Below are positions 1 to 11,465 of a stretch of DNA of 64,000 nt, piece by piece. This DNA is from Octopus bimaculoides (Eukaryota), in assembly GCF_001194135.2 (NCBI RefSeq), contig NC_068981.1, forward strand, positions 120,718,117-120,782,116, given 5' to 3'. A program made the position numbers and the translations under genes. The notes beneath the pieces were generated by a model, which searched no databases, was not told where the DNA came from, and saw only the letters and a program-made list of their open reading frames with translations. Position 1 is the first letter of the stretch. The number at the start of each line of letters is the position of its first letter.

Positions 1-290
1 CCCTTTCTTCTATCTTTCATTACAAGTGTTGTCCTCCCAGTCACCATCCACACAGGGACTGTACCTTTCTGGATACACTCATTCAATTGGGTTGCTAGTC
101 TTTCATGCACTGCGTGGCATCTCTTCAGTCAAAAGCCATGAATCTCATCTGGTCCGGGGGTTTTCCAATTGGGCACTTTACCTACTTGTTCTTTCACATC
201 ACCTGTGCTTATGGCAATATTCCCTTTGTTTCTTTTCACCTTGTAATTCTGTCTTGATAGTTCCTATCCATATTGCATCCCTTTTATACA
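1..290 (-). mobile_element. R4/Dong-like non-LTR retrotransposon, N-terminal part of the RT domain (decayed, runs off the window start)
   Basis: Minus-strand translation NWKTPGPDEIHGF*LKRCHAVHERLATQLNECIQKGTVPVWMVTGRTTLVMKDRRK matches the K(A/T)PGPD...W...GRT.L..K motif order of RLE-clade RTs. One in-frame stop. Confidence 0.75.
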
Positions 291-643
291 CCACATTCTT
301 CTTCTTATTATTATTATGTCTTTAACTGTTTCATGCATATTTCTGCTACGCTACAAGGCATGTTTCAATCTTTCTGTGATGCACGCACAGTTGTCTTTTG
401 GGAGTGTAGAGATAATATTGCATCAATTCCATTCTATCATGTGGTTTGTTTCAGAAGTTGCTTTAGTGTTTTGTCTGTTTAATTGTGAATAGTTTAAGCA
501 ATGTGAGTTGTATAATTTTGTTGGGTGGTGTTTGTTTCATATGTTATCTGTACTGTTTTATTTTTTTTTATCTATTGTATTATTGGGTGTTGGTATGTAG
601 TGTGAAGATTGTGTAATATTATTTGGTGAATGTGAGTTGTGTG

Positions 644-873
644 TTAACCATTTTGTTACCATATTTTTGCCGAAATACGCTATCTTTGTTTCAATTAATT
701 TTGAAAATAATGAAAAATTTATTGAAATAACTTTGTCGGTATTAAACTGGTGTTTGGAACATAAATTAACATGAAATTTTTATGGGTGATTTTAATTTAG
801 ATCAATTTAAAATAAGGAATTTATATCACAAATTTAGGGGCTGTCTCAGGTGGGTTGGTATCAAAAGAGTTAA
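644..873. mobile_element. piggyBac-like MITE (family A)
   Basis: TTAA at both ends. Imperfect TIRs: ttaaccattttgttacc versus the reverse complement of ggtatcaaaagagttaa. Related copies at 55852-56071 and ~60520-60660. Confidence 0.6.
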
Positions 874-1462
874 ATTATTGTGTTGAGTATGCACTATTGA
901 TTGTGTATGGAATGGTTTTTGGTATCAGGTTTGTTAGCAGATATAAGATGATGATAATGTTGTACTGGAATATTTATTGGATGGTAATTGTGCAGAGTAT
1001 ATGCTGACAGGGTGTGTGGTAATGAAATAAAAGAGTCTTGCATAAGACATAGGCATATGTCAAGCAAGGCTTTGTTTTGGGTTATGTGTAGAGTTGCAAT
1101 CCCTGGTATAGTTTTAATAGTAGTAATGTTTTTTTTACTTTTATATATTCCTTATCTTGCTTAATTCCATTTTAAACTTTTTATACATTAATGGTTTATT
1201 AAATTGTTTCTAGGTGACAATAACATGCAATTTCAGTACCAGTCAATTTACTGGGGTTGATGGTATTGACAAAACCCCTCCCCTCAAAATTGCTGGCCTT
1301 GTGCCTTATTAGAAACAACTACTATTTTATGCAGAGCTTTTCAAAGAACAACTTTATTAAATTAAAATTCTTTTTACTGTTGTTTTTATAGCTATTTTCA
1401 ATTTCAACAAACTCAATTAATTAACTCTATAATTGCTTCAATTTTTTCTTCTTTTTCTCCAG

Positions 1463-1569
1463 AACAATGATGATATTCTAACTGCTCTTCTTTCTATGGG
1501 CTTTGAGCTCGAAGACAGCCAGGCTGCTGTCCAATCTGGGAAATTAACTGTAGAATCTGCTGTAGAATG
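1463..1569 (+). CDS. Internal coding exon encoding a UBA (ubiquitin-associated) domain; host gene not identified
   Basis: Strong acceptor ttttttcttctttttctccAG and donor TG|GTAAGT. The 107-nt exon (phase 0 in, phase 2 out) reads NNDDILTALLSMGFELEDSQAAVQSGKLTVESAVE(W), with the UBA MGF loop and the helix-3 AVEW pattern. Confidence 0.82.
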
Positions 1570-1863
1570 GTAAGTGAATTAATTTGTTTATGTTTTTATA
1601 TACATATATATCTGCTTGTTTGGATCAATAACTTTCAACTTTTTATTTTTGTCTCTGCTAATTTCATTTCCTTAAAAACTGCCAAGTGAGACTATTGCAG
1701 ATTATTCCTAGATTATTCATCTCAATCATGTTAGTGTGGTTGGTGTTTAGATTCAGGTCAGCACTGATCAAGTCAGCCTGTGATTAACAACATTCCAACT
1801 GTGACCATCCTACTTTTTATTCGAGCATTATATATGAAAAATAACATCATTCAATGCGTGCTT

Positions 1864-2035
1864 AAGGTGGCGAGCTGGCAGAATCATTATATCATTCATC
1901 TTTATGGTCTGAGTTCAAATTCTGCCTTTCATCTTTTTGGGATCATTAAAATAAGTGCCAATTGGGTAATGAGGTTGATGTAATCGACTTACCCTCCTTT
2001 GAAATTGCTGGCCTTGTGCCAGAATTTGAAATTGT
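1864..2035 (+). mobile_element. tRNA-derived SINE (family 2)
   Basis: Head ggtggcgagctggcagaatc, B-box-like gagttcaaattc, and a gcctttcatc...ggccttgtgcc body shared with many copies in the window. Confidence 0.7.
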
Positions 2036-2284
2036 TATTCAGCATATCCTTTTACTTACATAATAGGGTGTGATTTTTGAGGCATATTTGGCAGCTGTTT
2101 CTAGCAGGTCATGCATGTGCCTGAATTTGCTCCCTGCTTGTGTCTTTCCTGTTGGCATTGACTTTCATATGTTCAAGCAAAACATTAATATCATTAATCT
2201 CACCTATCTAGGAGGGCCTATAGAAGTCATGGGAAGTGCCCCCTTTTCCAGACCTTGTAATTCAAAGACAAAATTTTTTTATTA

Positions 2285-2815
2285 GTAACAAAGGCAGTAT
2301 TACTCCAAAATAGCAATCTGTGTATTGCAGTTAAAAGAGATACATTGTTGAAAGCCTGAAAAACTGTGGTATTTGTCTTCAGAAAACATCTCATATCGAT
2401 GTATAGGGTTAAAACTCACAAAAATATATCAGTAATAGATGAAAATTATCCTGCAGCAGTGGTGGCATTGCTAAATATATATTGCTACTTTGCTGAAAAT
2501 AATAAGTTGCAAACATCCACTATTGGTACCATGCTAAAGCAAATTTAGCCTTTACTGATATAGGAAAACAGTGATTAACAGACCACTGGTGTCATAATTA
2601 GCTGGCAAAATTTTTTATTGGCGACAGAAGCAGTATTAGTTGACAATAGCATTCTGGATGTCATACTTACTGAAGATATATTGTTGAAAGCCTGGAAACT
2701 GTGGTATCTGTCTTGAGAAAGCATCTTGCTTAGATGTATCGTGTTAACAAATACAGAAATGTATTAGTAGCAGACAAAGTGTCTAGCTATAGTGGTGGAA
2801 TTGTTAAATATATAT
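2285..2815. repeat. Two diverged tandem copies of a ~345-bp unit
   Basis: The block attgttgaaagcctg(a/g)aaactgtggtat.tgtctt.agaaa.catct recurs at ~2343 and ~2689, and gtggtgg.attg.taaatatat recurs at ~2459 and ~2791. Confidence 0.7.
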
Positions 2816-4614
2816 TTCTGTTTCTTGGCATCATCAGTAGCAAGGCTACCTCATTGGTGTTTTGTAGTGCTGGTTATGTACATAGTTTATTAATAGTTGT
2901 AGTTGGTGAAGATAATGGTGATATGTTATGTTAGTGTAATAGTAATAACAATAGACGTATTGTGTAAACATCAGTCAGTACTAATTGAACTGTCCTATGG
3001 TAATGGCTAGAACACAAAGACAGAATGTATCCAACTTTATATTGTCCAATATGTTGCATTTCCTCAGTTGGTGGAATGTGATTTGAGGGAGACATGATTG
3101 TTAATTCTTGCATGTTTAGTGATTATGTAAAAGTTCTCTCTTTGCAAGGTTGTGCAAGAGGTATGAATCTATTTTGTAGAAATTGTAATGATGCAACAAA
3201 AATAATATGGATGGATGACGACCAAATACATTAATGTAGGTCTTTTATATCCACCCTTCATTATTATTATTAAATAATAAGTTAAAAACATTTTAGATGC
3301 ACAAACAAATGGGAAACAGACATAGAAATTCACCAAATCCTCATCAGTTATTGGCTAGAGCAGTGATTCCCAACGTGGGGTATATGTCCCACTGGTGGAG
3401 CCTGGGAAAATGTGGTGGGGCGTGAAGCTGTAGTTGCCAGGCACAAGGTTCTCATTAAAGTGATTCACTTTTTCCTTAATCAGTAATGTACTTCTTTTTG
3501 TACTCTGTACTTAATAAAAGAGTTACTGATAGATTCTTTTGTATTAGATAATTGTGGTAAAATATTAAAAATAAATTTTGTTTTCCAACTACCTGTGGGG
3601 CATAGATTTTTCTGCGAAGTTTTAGTGGGGCCTGGGGTAAAATAGGTTGGGAAACACTGGGCTAGAGAGTCAAACACAATTTTGTGCCTTTATCGTTAAG
3701 GTGCGAAATTGTGTTTGACCCTCTGGCTGATAACTGATAAGGATTTGGTGACCTTCCACATCTGTTTCCTGTTTGTTTGTGCATTTGTTTATATTTTTAA
3801 CTTATTATTTAATGGTACACCCATCCTGATTATTTTTGTTTACAAGTAAGTGATTCCATTATTATATTAGTTGGGAAAAAGAGAAGTGCTCATAACACCA
3901 ATTCAAATGTGTTGCTAATGTCATCAGTGTTCAGCTTAAACTTTAATTGTTTGATAGCTTTTGGGAGAATGTAAGCAAGATAGATTGAAGCTATGAGGAG
4001 GAATGATTGAGTAAAATTCTTAGTGACGGGGTGGCTCTGGTGTTGTTATTGTTGTTTAGCACTAGGTCAGCTCTGACTGAGCAAGTTTATGATTAAAGGC
4101 ATTCTAGTCATGACCGCCCTGTCTCTTTTGAATCATGTCTAGGATTATATTTTCTTTTTCCCAAGACAGTTAGTGTAATTTGAAGGAGATTTAATTGTTG
4201 TCTTGCAGACCATGTAACCTCATAGAGGCTCCTTACAGTTGACTATTTGACATATAGAAGGCTGACTGGTGGAAAGAGAAAGAAAGAAACAAAGAGCAAG
4301 AGAGAGAGAGAGAGAGATGGCCACATCAGTTGGATGTGGGTACATGTAGGATGTAGCTTCCAAGCTCAGGGGAGCAAAAACTGTTATAGCAGTGGTAGTT
4401 GAGTTAGAGACTAGAAATTGTGAGTGTGTTCTAGGTACTGTGAATCTTTGAATCTGTGTTCTAGGGATGAGTGAATTTTTGTTAATCACAGCCAGATGGC
4501 CTATTTATCGATGTAAATATGATGCTTGTGAATATATCATCATTTTGTACTTGTTTTATCAATCTACCATTGGAGGTAGTGTGTCATTCTAGGGAAGACT
4601 TGTAACCATTGACT

Positions 4615-5320
4615 CTATACATTTGTTAAAAAATATATTAGCAACAGAGGCAGTATTAATATAGAGAGGTAATCTTTATCCCTACTTAAACATGGATGTT
4701 CTGTTAGAAGAAACTATACTGCAGTAGTTATGAGAGAAACTGTTGTATTGGCTTTTGGTGAAAAATGCAAGCTTGTTTATATTACTAGCAGGGAGATAAA
4801 TCCCCACCATCTCCAGTGCTGTGATCACTGGATCACATGATTTCAATCTTGTTTGGTTTTGTCAATGACAGACACTCAACCACACGAGGCAGCAGCAATT
4901 CATCTCCCTGCCTGCAATGTATAAATTGACAGTGCCAGAACAGGGGCTGGTGTCACGATTAGCCAGTGAGCTTGTTAACAAAATATATATTAGCAGTAGA
5001 ATCAGTATTAATACTGAGAGGTAATATTTATCTCTACATGGATGTTCTGTTAGAACAAACTATACTGCAGTAGTTACCATGAGAGAAACTCTCATATTGG
5101 CTTTCGGTGCAAAATGCAAGCATGTTTATATCACTAGCATGGATATAAATCCCCATCATCTCCAGTGCCAAGACCACCAGATGATGTGTTTTCAACCTTC
5201 ATTAGTCTTGTCAACAATGACAAAATCAAAGACAGCTGAAGGAGGCAGGGATTTATCTCCCCTCTAGTGATATAAACAAGAGTGCATTTTGCACCAAAAA
5301 CCAGTATTTGGAGCATGTTT
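4615..5320. repeat. Two tandem ~350-bp units with an internal inverted repeat
   Basis: catggatgttctgttagaa.aaactatactgcagtagtta recurs at ~4691 and ~5036. The segment ~5240-5315 is the reverse complement of ~5095-5160. Confidence 0.75.
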
Positions 5321-6251
5321 TCCTGTATGTCATTTCAATCTCTCTTCCCACCACCTCTGTCTGAACTCTAGCTTGCTTGACTGACTAGATCAATACAATG
5401 TACTGTACTAATAGTGAGATTTATCAGTAACCATACTTAGACAAGGCTCATTATTAATGTATGTGTTGTACTCAGCACTTCGATGTCTTGTCACATTAAA
5501 TAATGTTATTTCCTTAGACATTTCTATTAAAATCTTGTTACTTGGCAAGTTTCTTTATCCCCTTTCATTTCTCTTTTTCTTCTTTGTCTTTCTGTTGTTT
5601 GTGGTTGTTGTAAGAATCACTTTACCAGCCTGGAGTCGAATGAATTCAATTAGATTGTAGAAAAGCTCTAGAAAATATTACCTCAGAGCTGTCTTAATTC
5701 AAGGGATCACCATTTTTTTGTGTGACAGTTTAGAAATAAGTTATCCGAAGCATCCCAGTCTAGTGGGTACTTAACTATCAATGCTTCAATTCACCTAGTT
5801 GCAAATTTACAGGTGGCGGCAGCGGTGGTGCTGCTGGTACTGGTACTGCTTCTGCTGTAGTGTTCACAGTTGTAAACAGAAAGAGAATAGTGTACTTGAT
5901 GAATGTGTTGTGATTTCAGCTCCTTCCAATGCTTGGTATAGGCATTGAGAAAACCATTCTTTTATTCTCTCCTCAAGGCCACTTGAAATTTGTAGTTCAG
6001 TTTTCCTGTAAACACTTTCATTGTTATAAATCAGTAGAAATCAGAATCATAGTAACAAAAAAAAAACAAAAAAAAGAAAACACATTAACTGCAATAATAA
6101 TTTCTTTGTCCTACCATACTTTTCTTTAAAAACTGTTAACCTCTAGGTTGTTGTTTCTGTTGTTTCGGCCAGTCAGCCTTCATTGTGCAGATCTATGGAC
6201 AATAGCATTCTAGCTGAAATCATCACATTTATTTTTTTGACAAATTGAATC

Positions 6252-6815
6252 TTGGACTGTATTATCTAATTTGTTCTGTTTTTTTTATTTTTATGATGGA
6301 AAAAATGATTTGAGGGAGATTTGACTGCTATATCTAGCAGCTCAAGTGACCACACAGAGGTTGCATCATTAACTTCTGGGTTGACATTGTTGTGAACATT
6401 GCTATCAAATATGAATGGCAAGGCAGACTAATTATGTATGCTTGACAGTTGGACTGTATTATCTAATTTGTTCTTTTATTAAGATGGAAAAATATGATTT
6501 GAGTGAGATTTGACTGCTATATCTAGCAGGTCAAGTGACTACACAGAGCTTGCATCATTAACTCCTTGGTAAACATTGTTGTGAACATTGCTGCCAGATA
6601 TGAATGGCAAGATGTACTAATTAGGTGTGCTTAACAGTTGGATTATGTTATCTAATTTGTTCTTGGAAAAGAATGATTTGAGGGAGATTTGACTGCTATA
6701 TCTAGTAAGTCAAGCGACCACAGAGGTTGCATCATTAACTCCTAGGTAGACATTGCTTTGAACATTGCTACAAGATTTCAATGGCAAGGTGGACTAATTA
6801 GGTTTGCTTGGCACA
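6252..6815 (+). repeat. Tandem array of three ~180-197-bp units, with a displaced fourth copy at 7698-7815
   Basis: Units start with ttgga.t.t.ttatctaatttgttc at 6252, 6449, 6638 and 7698. Each contains gatttgactgctatatctag..g.tcaag.gac...acagag.ttgcatcattaact. Confidence 0.85.
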
Positions 6816-7142
6816 CTTACCATTAAGAAAGAATTCTAACAAGTTAGTTTTCTTTTTTGCAGGGAACTATATATGTCAAGCAATGGAGGTTGTCTGGGTC
6901 ACCATTGTTGTTGTAGTTGAGTTGGTTTGGGTCACCAATTTTGGCAATTATTTGACTGGAAGTGGAAGTTTAATATAAATGATCCAAACTGAAGCATTGA
7001 ATAGAATTATTTGTGATGGAAATTTGAATAATTGCTTAGAATTGTTTCAATGATATTCATCAGCTCTATCTTCGCAATTTGTAAATAAGAGTTGATTGGT
7101 ATATGGGTAGTACTAGTGGTGGTGGTGGTAGTAATAGTAGTG

Positions 7143-7182
<40 letters not shown>

Positions 7183-7320
7183 ATAATATGTTGGGCTTGA
7201 ATTCTGTGTTCATTCTGGAAGAATAAAAGAGAACTGGATTGAGCTGGTTAATCACTTACTGTGATTGGCAATTAAGATGGAGTTATTTGCCCTTCTTGTA
7301 CCCTTTTTTTTATTTATAAT

Positions 7321-7645
7321 TCTTTTATTCTTTTACTTGTTTCAGTCATTTCGCTGCAGCCATGCTGGAGCACCACCTTAAGGAATTTTTAGTCAAACAA
7401 ATCAATCTCAGGACTTATTCTTTGTAAGCCTAGTACTTATACAATCATACACCAACACCAGTTGTCAATTGGTGATGGGGTGGGGGTACAAACACAGGCA
7501 CAAGCACACAAATCCAAATCCACATGTCTACCAAATCCACATGTCTACCAAATCCACTCACAAGGCTTTTGGTTGGCCTGAGGCTGTAGTAGAAGACACT
7601 TGCCCAAGGTGCCATGCACACAGCCACACCTGCGCCTATGTGCAT
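7321..7645 (-). mobile_element. SINE (family 1)
   Basis: Reverse complement of the ggcaagtgtcttctacta...gtgagtggatttggtagac...gctccagcatggc...actgaaacaagtaaaag family. Confidence 0.7.
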
Positions 7646-7919
7646 TTTAAATGAAGGAGGAAGAACAGTAGCTATAGCCTTTGCCAGATCTACATAGTTG
7701 GACTGTAATATCTAATTTGTTCTTTTTTTAAGATGGAAAAGAATGATTTGAGGAAGATTTGACTGCTATACTAACAGGTCAAGTAACCACCTAGAGGTTG
7801 CATCATTAACTCCTGGTGCAGTTGATATTCAATTGAAACTTCTCTCAAGCCAGCTCTGATTGTGTAAGCTTTTAATGTTAGGCATTCCTACCATGACTAT
7901 TTCGTCTTTTTGCATATAG

Positions 7920-8245
7920 AAGGACCTCCTTCAGTCATGAATGACCATGTGATTGCACCTAGAGAGTTACCCTCCAAGGCACAAGTCTGGGCAAGTTTGT
8001 TTATGGAAGACTAGCTGTCACCCATACATACCAGCCTCCCCTTTCCACATCACTGATGTTATTCAAGAGAAAGACAAAAGCTGATACAGCTTGGCCCTAA
8101 TGATGTCACAATTTATTTCTTCTGCTGAGTGAACTGGAGCAACATGAAATGAAGTGTCTTGCTCAAGAGCACAACACACAGCCTGGTCTGGGAATCAAAC
8201 TCACTACCTCATGATTGTGAGCTCAGTACTCTAACCATTGAGTCC
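7920..8245 (-). mobile_element. tRNA-derived SINE with a V/Meta-like central domain (related copy ~20290-20565)
   Basis: The minus strand reads tggttagagtactgagctcacaatcatgaggtagtgagtttgattcccagacc (A/B boxes), followed by gtgctcttgagcaagacacttcatttcatgttgctccagttcactcagc. Confidence 0.55.
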
Positions 8246-8305
8246 AGGACTATTTTTAAGCTAATAAAGAATGATGTGATGGAGACTTAGCTGCTATTTC
8301 TAGTA

Positions 8306-8899
8306 TTGGGTTGTCTGGAAAGTTTGTGCCGATTTATAGTAGCTTACCTTTCGACCTATTTTAGAACATAGTTGAGTCCATAAAATAGGATTTGACTACA
8401 CCTCCATTTAGAGCCCAGTTTAAGCTATCTTTTTGTGAAGAAGGTTTATGTTCCTATAACCTGTGTTAATTCTGTAACCGTTTAAAATGGAAGATAAGAA
8501 AGTTCATTTTCGACACTTGATGCTTTTCTTTTTCCGTAAAGGGAAAAACGCCTCACAAGCAACCAAAGAAATATGCGCAGTTTACGGTGATGTTTCTTTA
8601 TCCGAAAGAACTGTACGGAAGTGGTTCGTAAGGTTCCGAGCTGGAGATTGTAGCCTTATTGATAAAGAGCGATCAGGCAGACCATCTACTACAGATGATG
8701 ACCAAATCAAGTCATTAATTGAGAATAACCCACATTGCACTACCCGAGAATTGGTAGAAAGCCTCAACCTATCAAAATCTGTCGTTCATGAGCACCTGGT
8801 AAAGCTTGAGTACACAAATCACTACGATGTTTGGGTACCACATGAGTTGAGTGAGAAGAACCTTTTGGAAAATCGGCACAAACTTTCCGAACAACCCAA
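8306..8899 (+). mobile_element. Internally deleted mariner transposon with both TIRs and TA target duplication
   Basis: 30-bp TIRs at 8306-8335 and 8870-8899 (2 mismatches), flanked by TA at 8304-8305 and 8900-8901. Inserted into a copy of the gctatttctag...gagaccacatag repeat. Confidence 0.93.
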
Positions 8900-9017
8900 T
8901 AGATTGAGAGACCACATAGTAGTTGTTTCATTGGCTCAAGATAAAATCCCAGAGTGTTACTGTTTTAGGGATAAAGGATTAAGTGAAGTGCTCTGTGTGT
9001 TGTGGTGGTGGTGGTAG
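8487..9017 (+). CDS. Truncated mariner transposase: paired HTH DNA-binding domain up to WVPHEL, no DDD domain; reads through the right TIR into flanking DNA
   Basis: MEDKKVHFRHLMLFFFRKGKNASQATKEICAVYG...RSGRP...WVPHELSEKNL is the classic mariner N-terminus, uninterrupted for ~126 codons. Confidence 0.8.
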   Translation: MEDKKVHFRHLMLFFFRKGKNASQATKEICAVYGDVSLSERTVRKWFVRFRAGDCSLIDKERSGRPSTTDDDQIKSLIENNPHCTTRELVESLNLSKSVVHEHLVKLEYTNHYDVWVPHELSEKNLLENRHKLSEQPNRLRDHIVVVSLAQDKIPECYCFRDKGLSEVLCVLWWWW

Positions 9018-9989
9018 TGGGTGAGACCTTAGTGGTAATGAAAGGAGGAGGCATGAATAGATTATGTAGCTTTGCCTAAGATAGTACACAGTTTGATATT
9101 TCAGAAGAACAAAAACCTGACATAGTGACAACAGTAAAAGAGATAAAGAAAGGCTTCAGCACGTCCTTTTGTGTCAATGATTGTAAAGTGTTGATGTGTG
9201 AAATTTTGAGAATGATTCGGATTCTTTGGGGTGGAAAATGAAGTTCTGGAAACAGCTGAAACAAGAGTATGTGTAATTATGTATAGATGCCAGTAATTGT
9301 ATGTATACATTTGTATATATGTGGAGGTGTATAAAAATATGTGTTATATGTAGGTATATAAATATATCCATATACATAGGTTCATGCATAGCTGCATGGT
9401 AAAGAAGTTCACAACCACATGATTTTATGTTCAATCTCCCTGTGTAGCACTTTGAGTGCCTCTAGTTAATAATGGCCTTGTGAGTGAAATTTGGTAGATA
9501 GAAACTGTATGGAATCCTGTCACATGTGTCTGTGCATGTGTGTGTATGTCTGTGTTTGTCCCTGCATGTCTTCACATTGTCACTGCTAGGGCAATGGTGA
9601 TGTTTTAATGTCCCACGTAGATGAAAGTCTGGTAACCCAGCACTTCAACATTGTGAAAATATGGGATAATACACTTTACTTGAAAACAAATAAGGTTTGG
9701 TCTTGTCCAACTCATGCCAGCAAAGAGAAAACTGATGTAAAAATGGGAAAATGGGGCTGACTGATATCCATTGAAATATCCACTTTTGCATGTGTAGGTG
9801 AATATCTTTTCTTATTGTTGCATTTTTGGTAATAAATAGTCTAATGTAGAATTACAGTCTTGGAAAGATATGTTCATTAATATTGATTCATCAAAGTGAA
9901 ATAATGATTTCTACAACAATATTTGGTCCTTAGAAGAGGAGAAGTTGTTTGCTATCTTCAGTTTGGTTTTCCTGCATATTCTCACCTCT

Positions 9990-10270
9990 GATCATGAATA
10001 CAAGGAGCCAAACTGGGGCTCCTCCAAAGGATCTCTGGAGTAACATTACTCGACAGGTTGTGTAGCTTGGAGATCTGGGAGTTTCTTCATGCTGAGGGGT
10101 CATAGCTCTGATATTATGGACGTGTGATTAGAATATCACAAGGCAGATTCATTCTTCAAGCTGGGCCTCCTGGCCAGAGAATGAGGAGTAGACCAAGAAT
10201 GAGATGGTTGGATAATATCCACAGTCTCAGTTAGTCACACTTGAGAATCTAGCTGGAAAATGTAATGACA
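9990..10270 (+). mobile_element. RTE-clade LINE 3' fragment (decayed)
   Basis: Translation ...LQRISGVTLLDR...PGQRMRSRPRMRWLDNI resembles the RTE C-terminal GxRxRGRPRxRWxDxI motif. Confidence 0.6.
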
Positions 10271-11046
10271 GTTGCCTCTGATAGGATCCCATAGAGGAAG
10301 TGCCAGGGGATTCTATTATCCCCATCGGCCCTCACAAGAATAGTGAGTGGAAAAGATAGTTGGATGGAAAACAGGCACCAGACAAACATCTTTTGAGAGA
10401 AAAGTGTTTGTGTAATTTAATCAATGTCAATGCTTGACTGCTACTTATCTTATCAATCCAGCAAGATTGTAAACAAAGTTGACTCTAGCTAGGTTTGAAC
10501 ATGAAGCATAAAAGAACATGGTGAAATATTGCAAGGCATTTGGTCCAGTGTTCTACCATTAGCTATCCAATTAACGGCAAACAAATAATATTAAGTAGAT
10601 ACAGCTATATTTTCGGCCTTTGTTAAAGAGAGAACTAGATACAAAAATCTATATATTGACTGATCAGGAGATAAATGGAATTTATCAGAAATATCTTTAA
10701 TGAAAATAAATGACTCGCTTTTTTAGTGATGTATAAATGTGTGTGCTTCACTTCTTTGCTAGGAAGTTCTGTAGATAATATATCCCTAAAACTATGAATA
10801 GCACTTAGACAAACAAAAACAAACTGTCTGTATATAGGCAGAGGCATGGGTGTGTGGATAAGGAAGGGGTTTACTCCATAAGTCTGTGGTTCTATGTTCA
10901 TTCTCAATGAAGGCAAGTGCCTCCTACTATAGACTTAACCCTTTAACATCCAAATTTTTCTCTCAAATATAATACTTGTTTATTCCCATTGTTTTGAATT
11001 AATCATGCATTACCTCATAGCTTTGATAGAGAAAAACTGTGCAGAA

Positions 11047-11081
<35 letters not shown>

Positions 11082-11084
11082 ATG

Positions 11085-11465
11085 AAGCTTGATTTGCAAC
11101 CATATTATTATGGGTTCAGTCCCACTGCATGACATCTTGGACAAGTGACTTCTACTACAACCCTTGGCCTATCAATGCCTTTTCAGTGGATTTGGTAAAT
11201 GGAAAGTGTATAGAAATGCATTGTACATAGTGTGTGTGTGTGTGTGTGTGTGTTTGTATTTGTTTCTCCTCCCCCACTGCTTGACAATTGGTGCTGGTTT
11301 GTTTACATTCTTGCAACACAACACTTCAGCAAAAGATGTTGCTAAAATAAGTACCAAACTTTAAAAAAATGTAAGTACTAAGGTTGATATGCTTAAACTC
11401 TTCAAAGCAGTGCTCCAGCATGGCCACAGTCCAATGACAGAAACAAGTAAAAAGATAAAAAGATA
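11085..11465 (+). mobile_element. SINE (family 1), near full length
   Basis: gggttcagtcccactgc...gtggatttggta...(TG)n...gctccagcatggccacagtcc...gaaacaagtaaaaagataaaa. Confidence 0.75.

Noticed and set aside
6863-6920. Strong acceptor (ttctaac branch-like, ttttcttttttgcAG|G) as the next UBA exon
   Set aside because: The required frame gives WELYMSSNGG...stop, with no good donor and no UBA helix-3 continuation.
7007-7255. Thr-rich mucin-like ORF
   Set aside because: It is a (TAG/CTA)n microsatellite with no other support.
9105-9266. 162-nt segment between tttcAG and GTATGT
   Set aside because: Stops in all three frames, and joining it to the UBA exon would create TGA.
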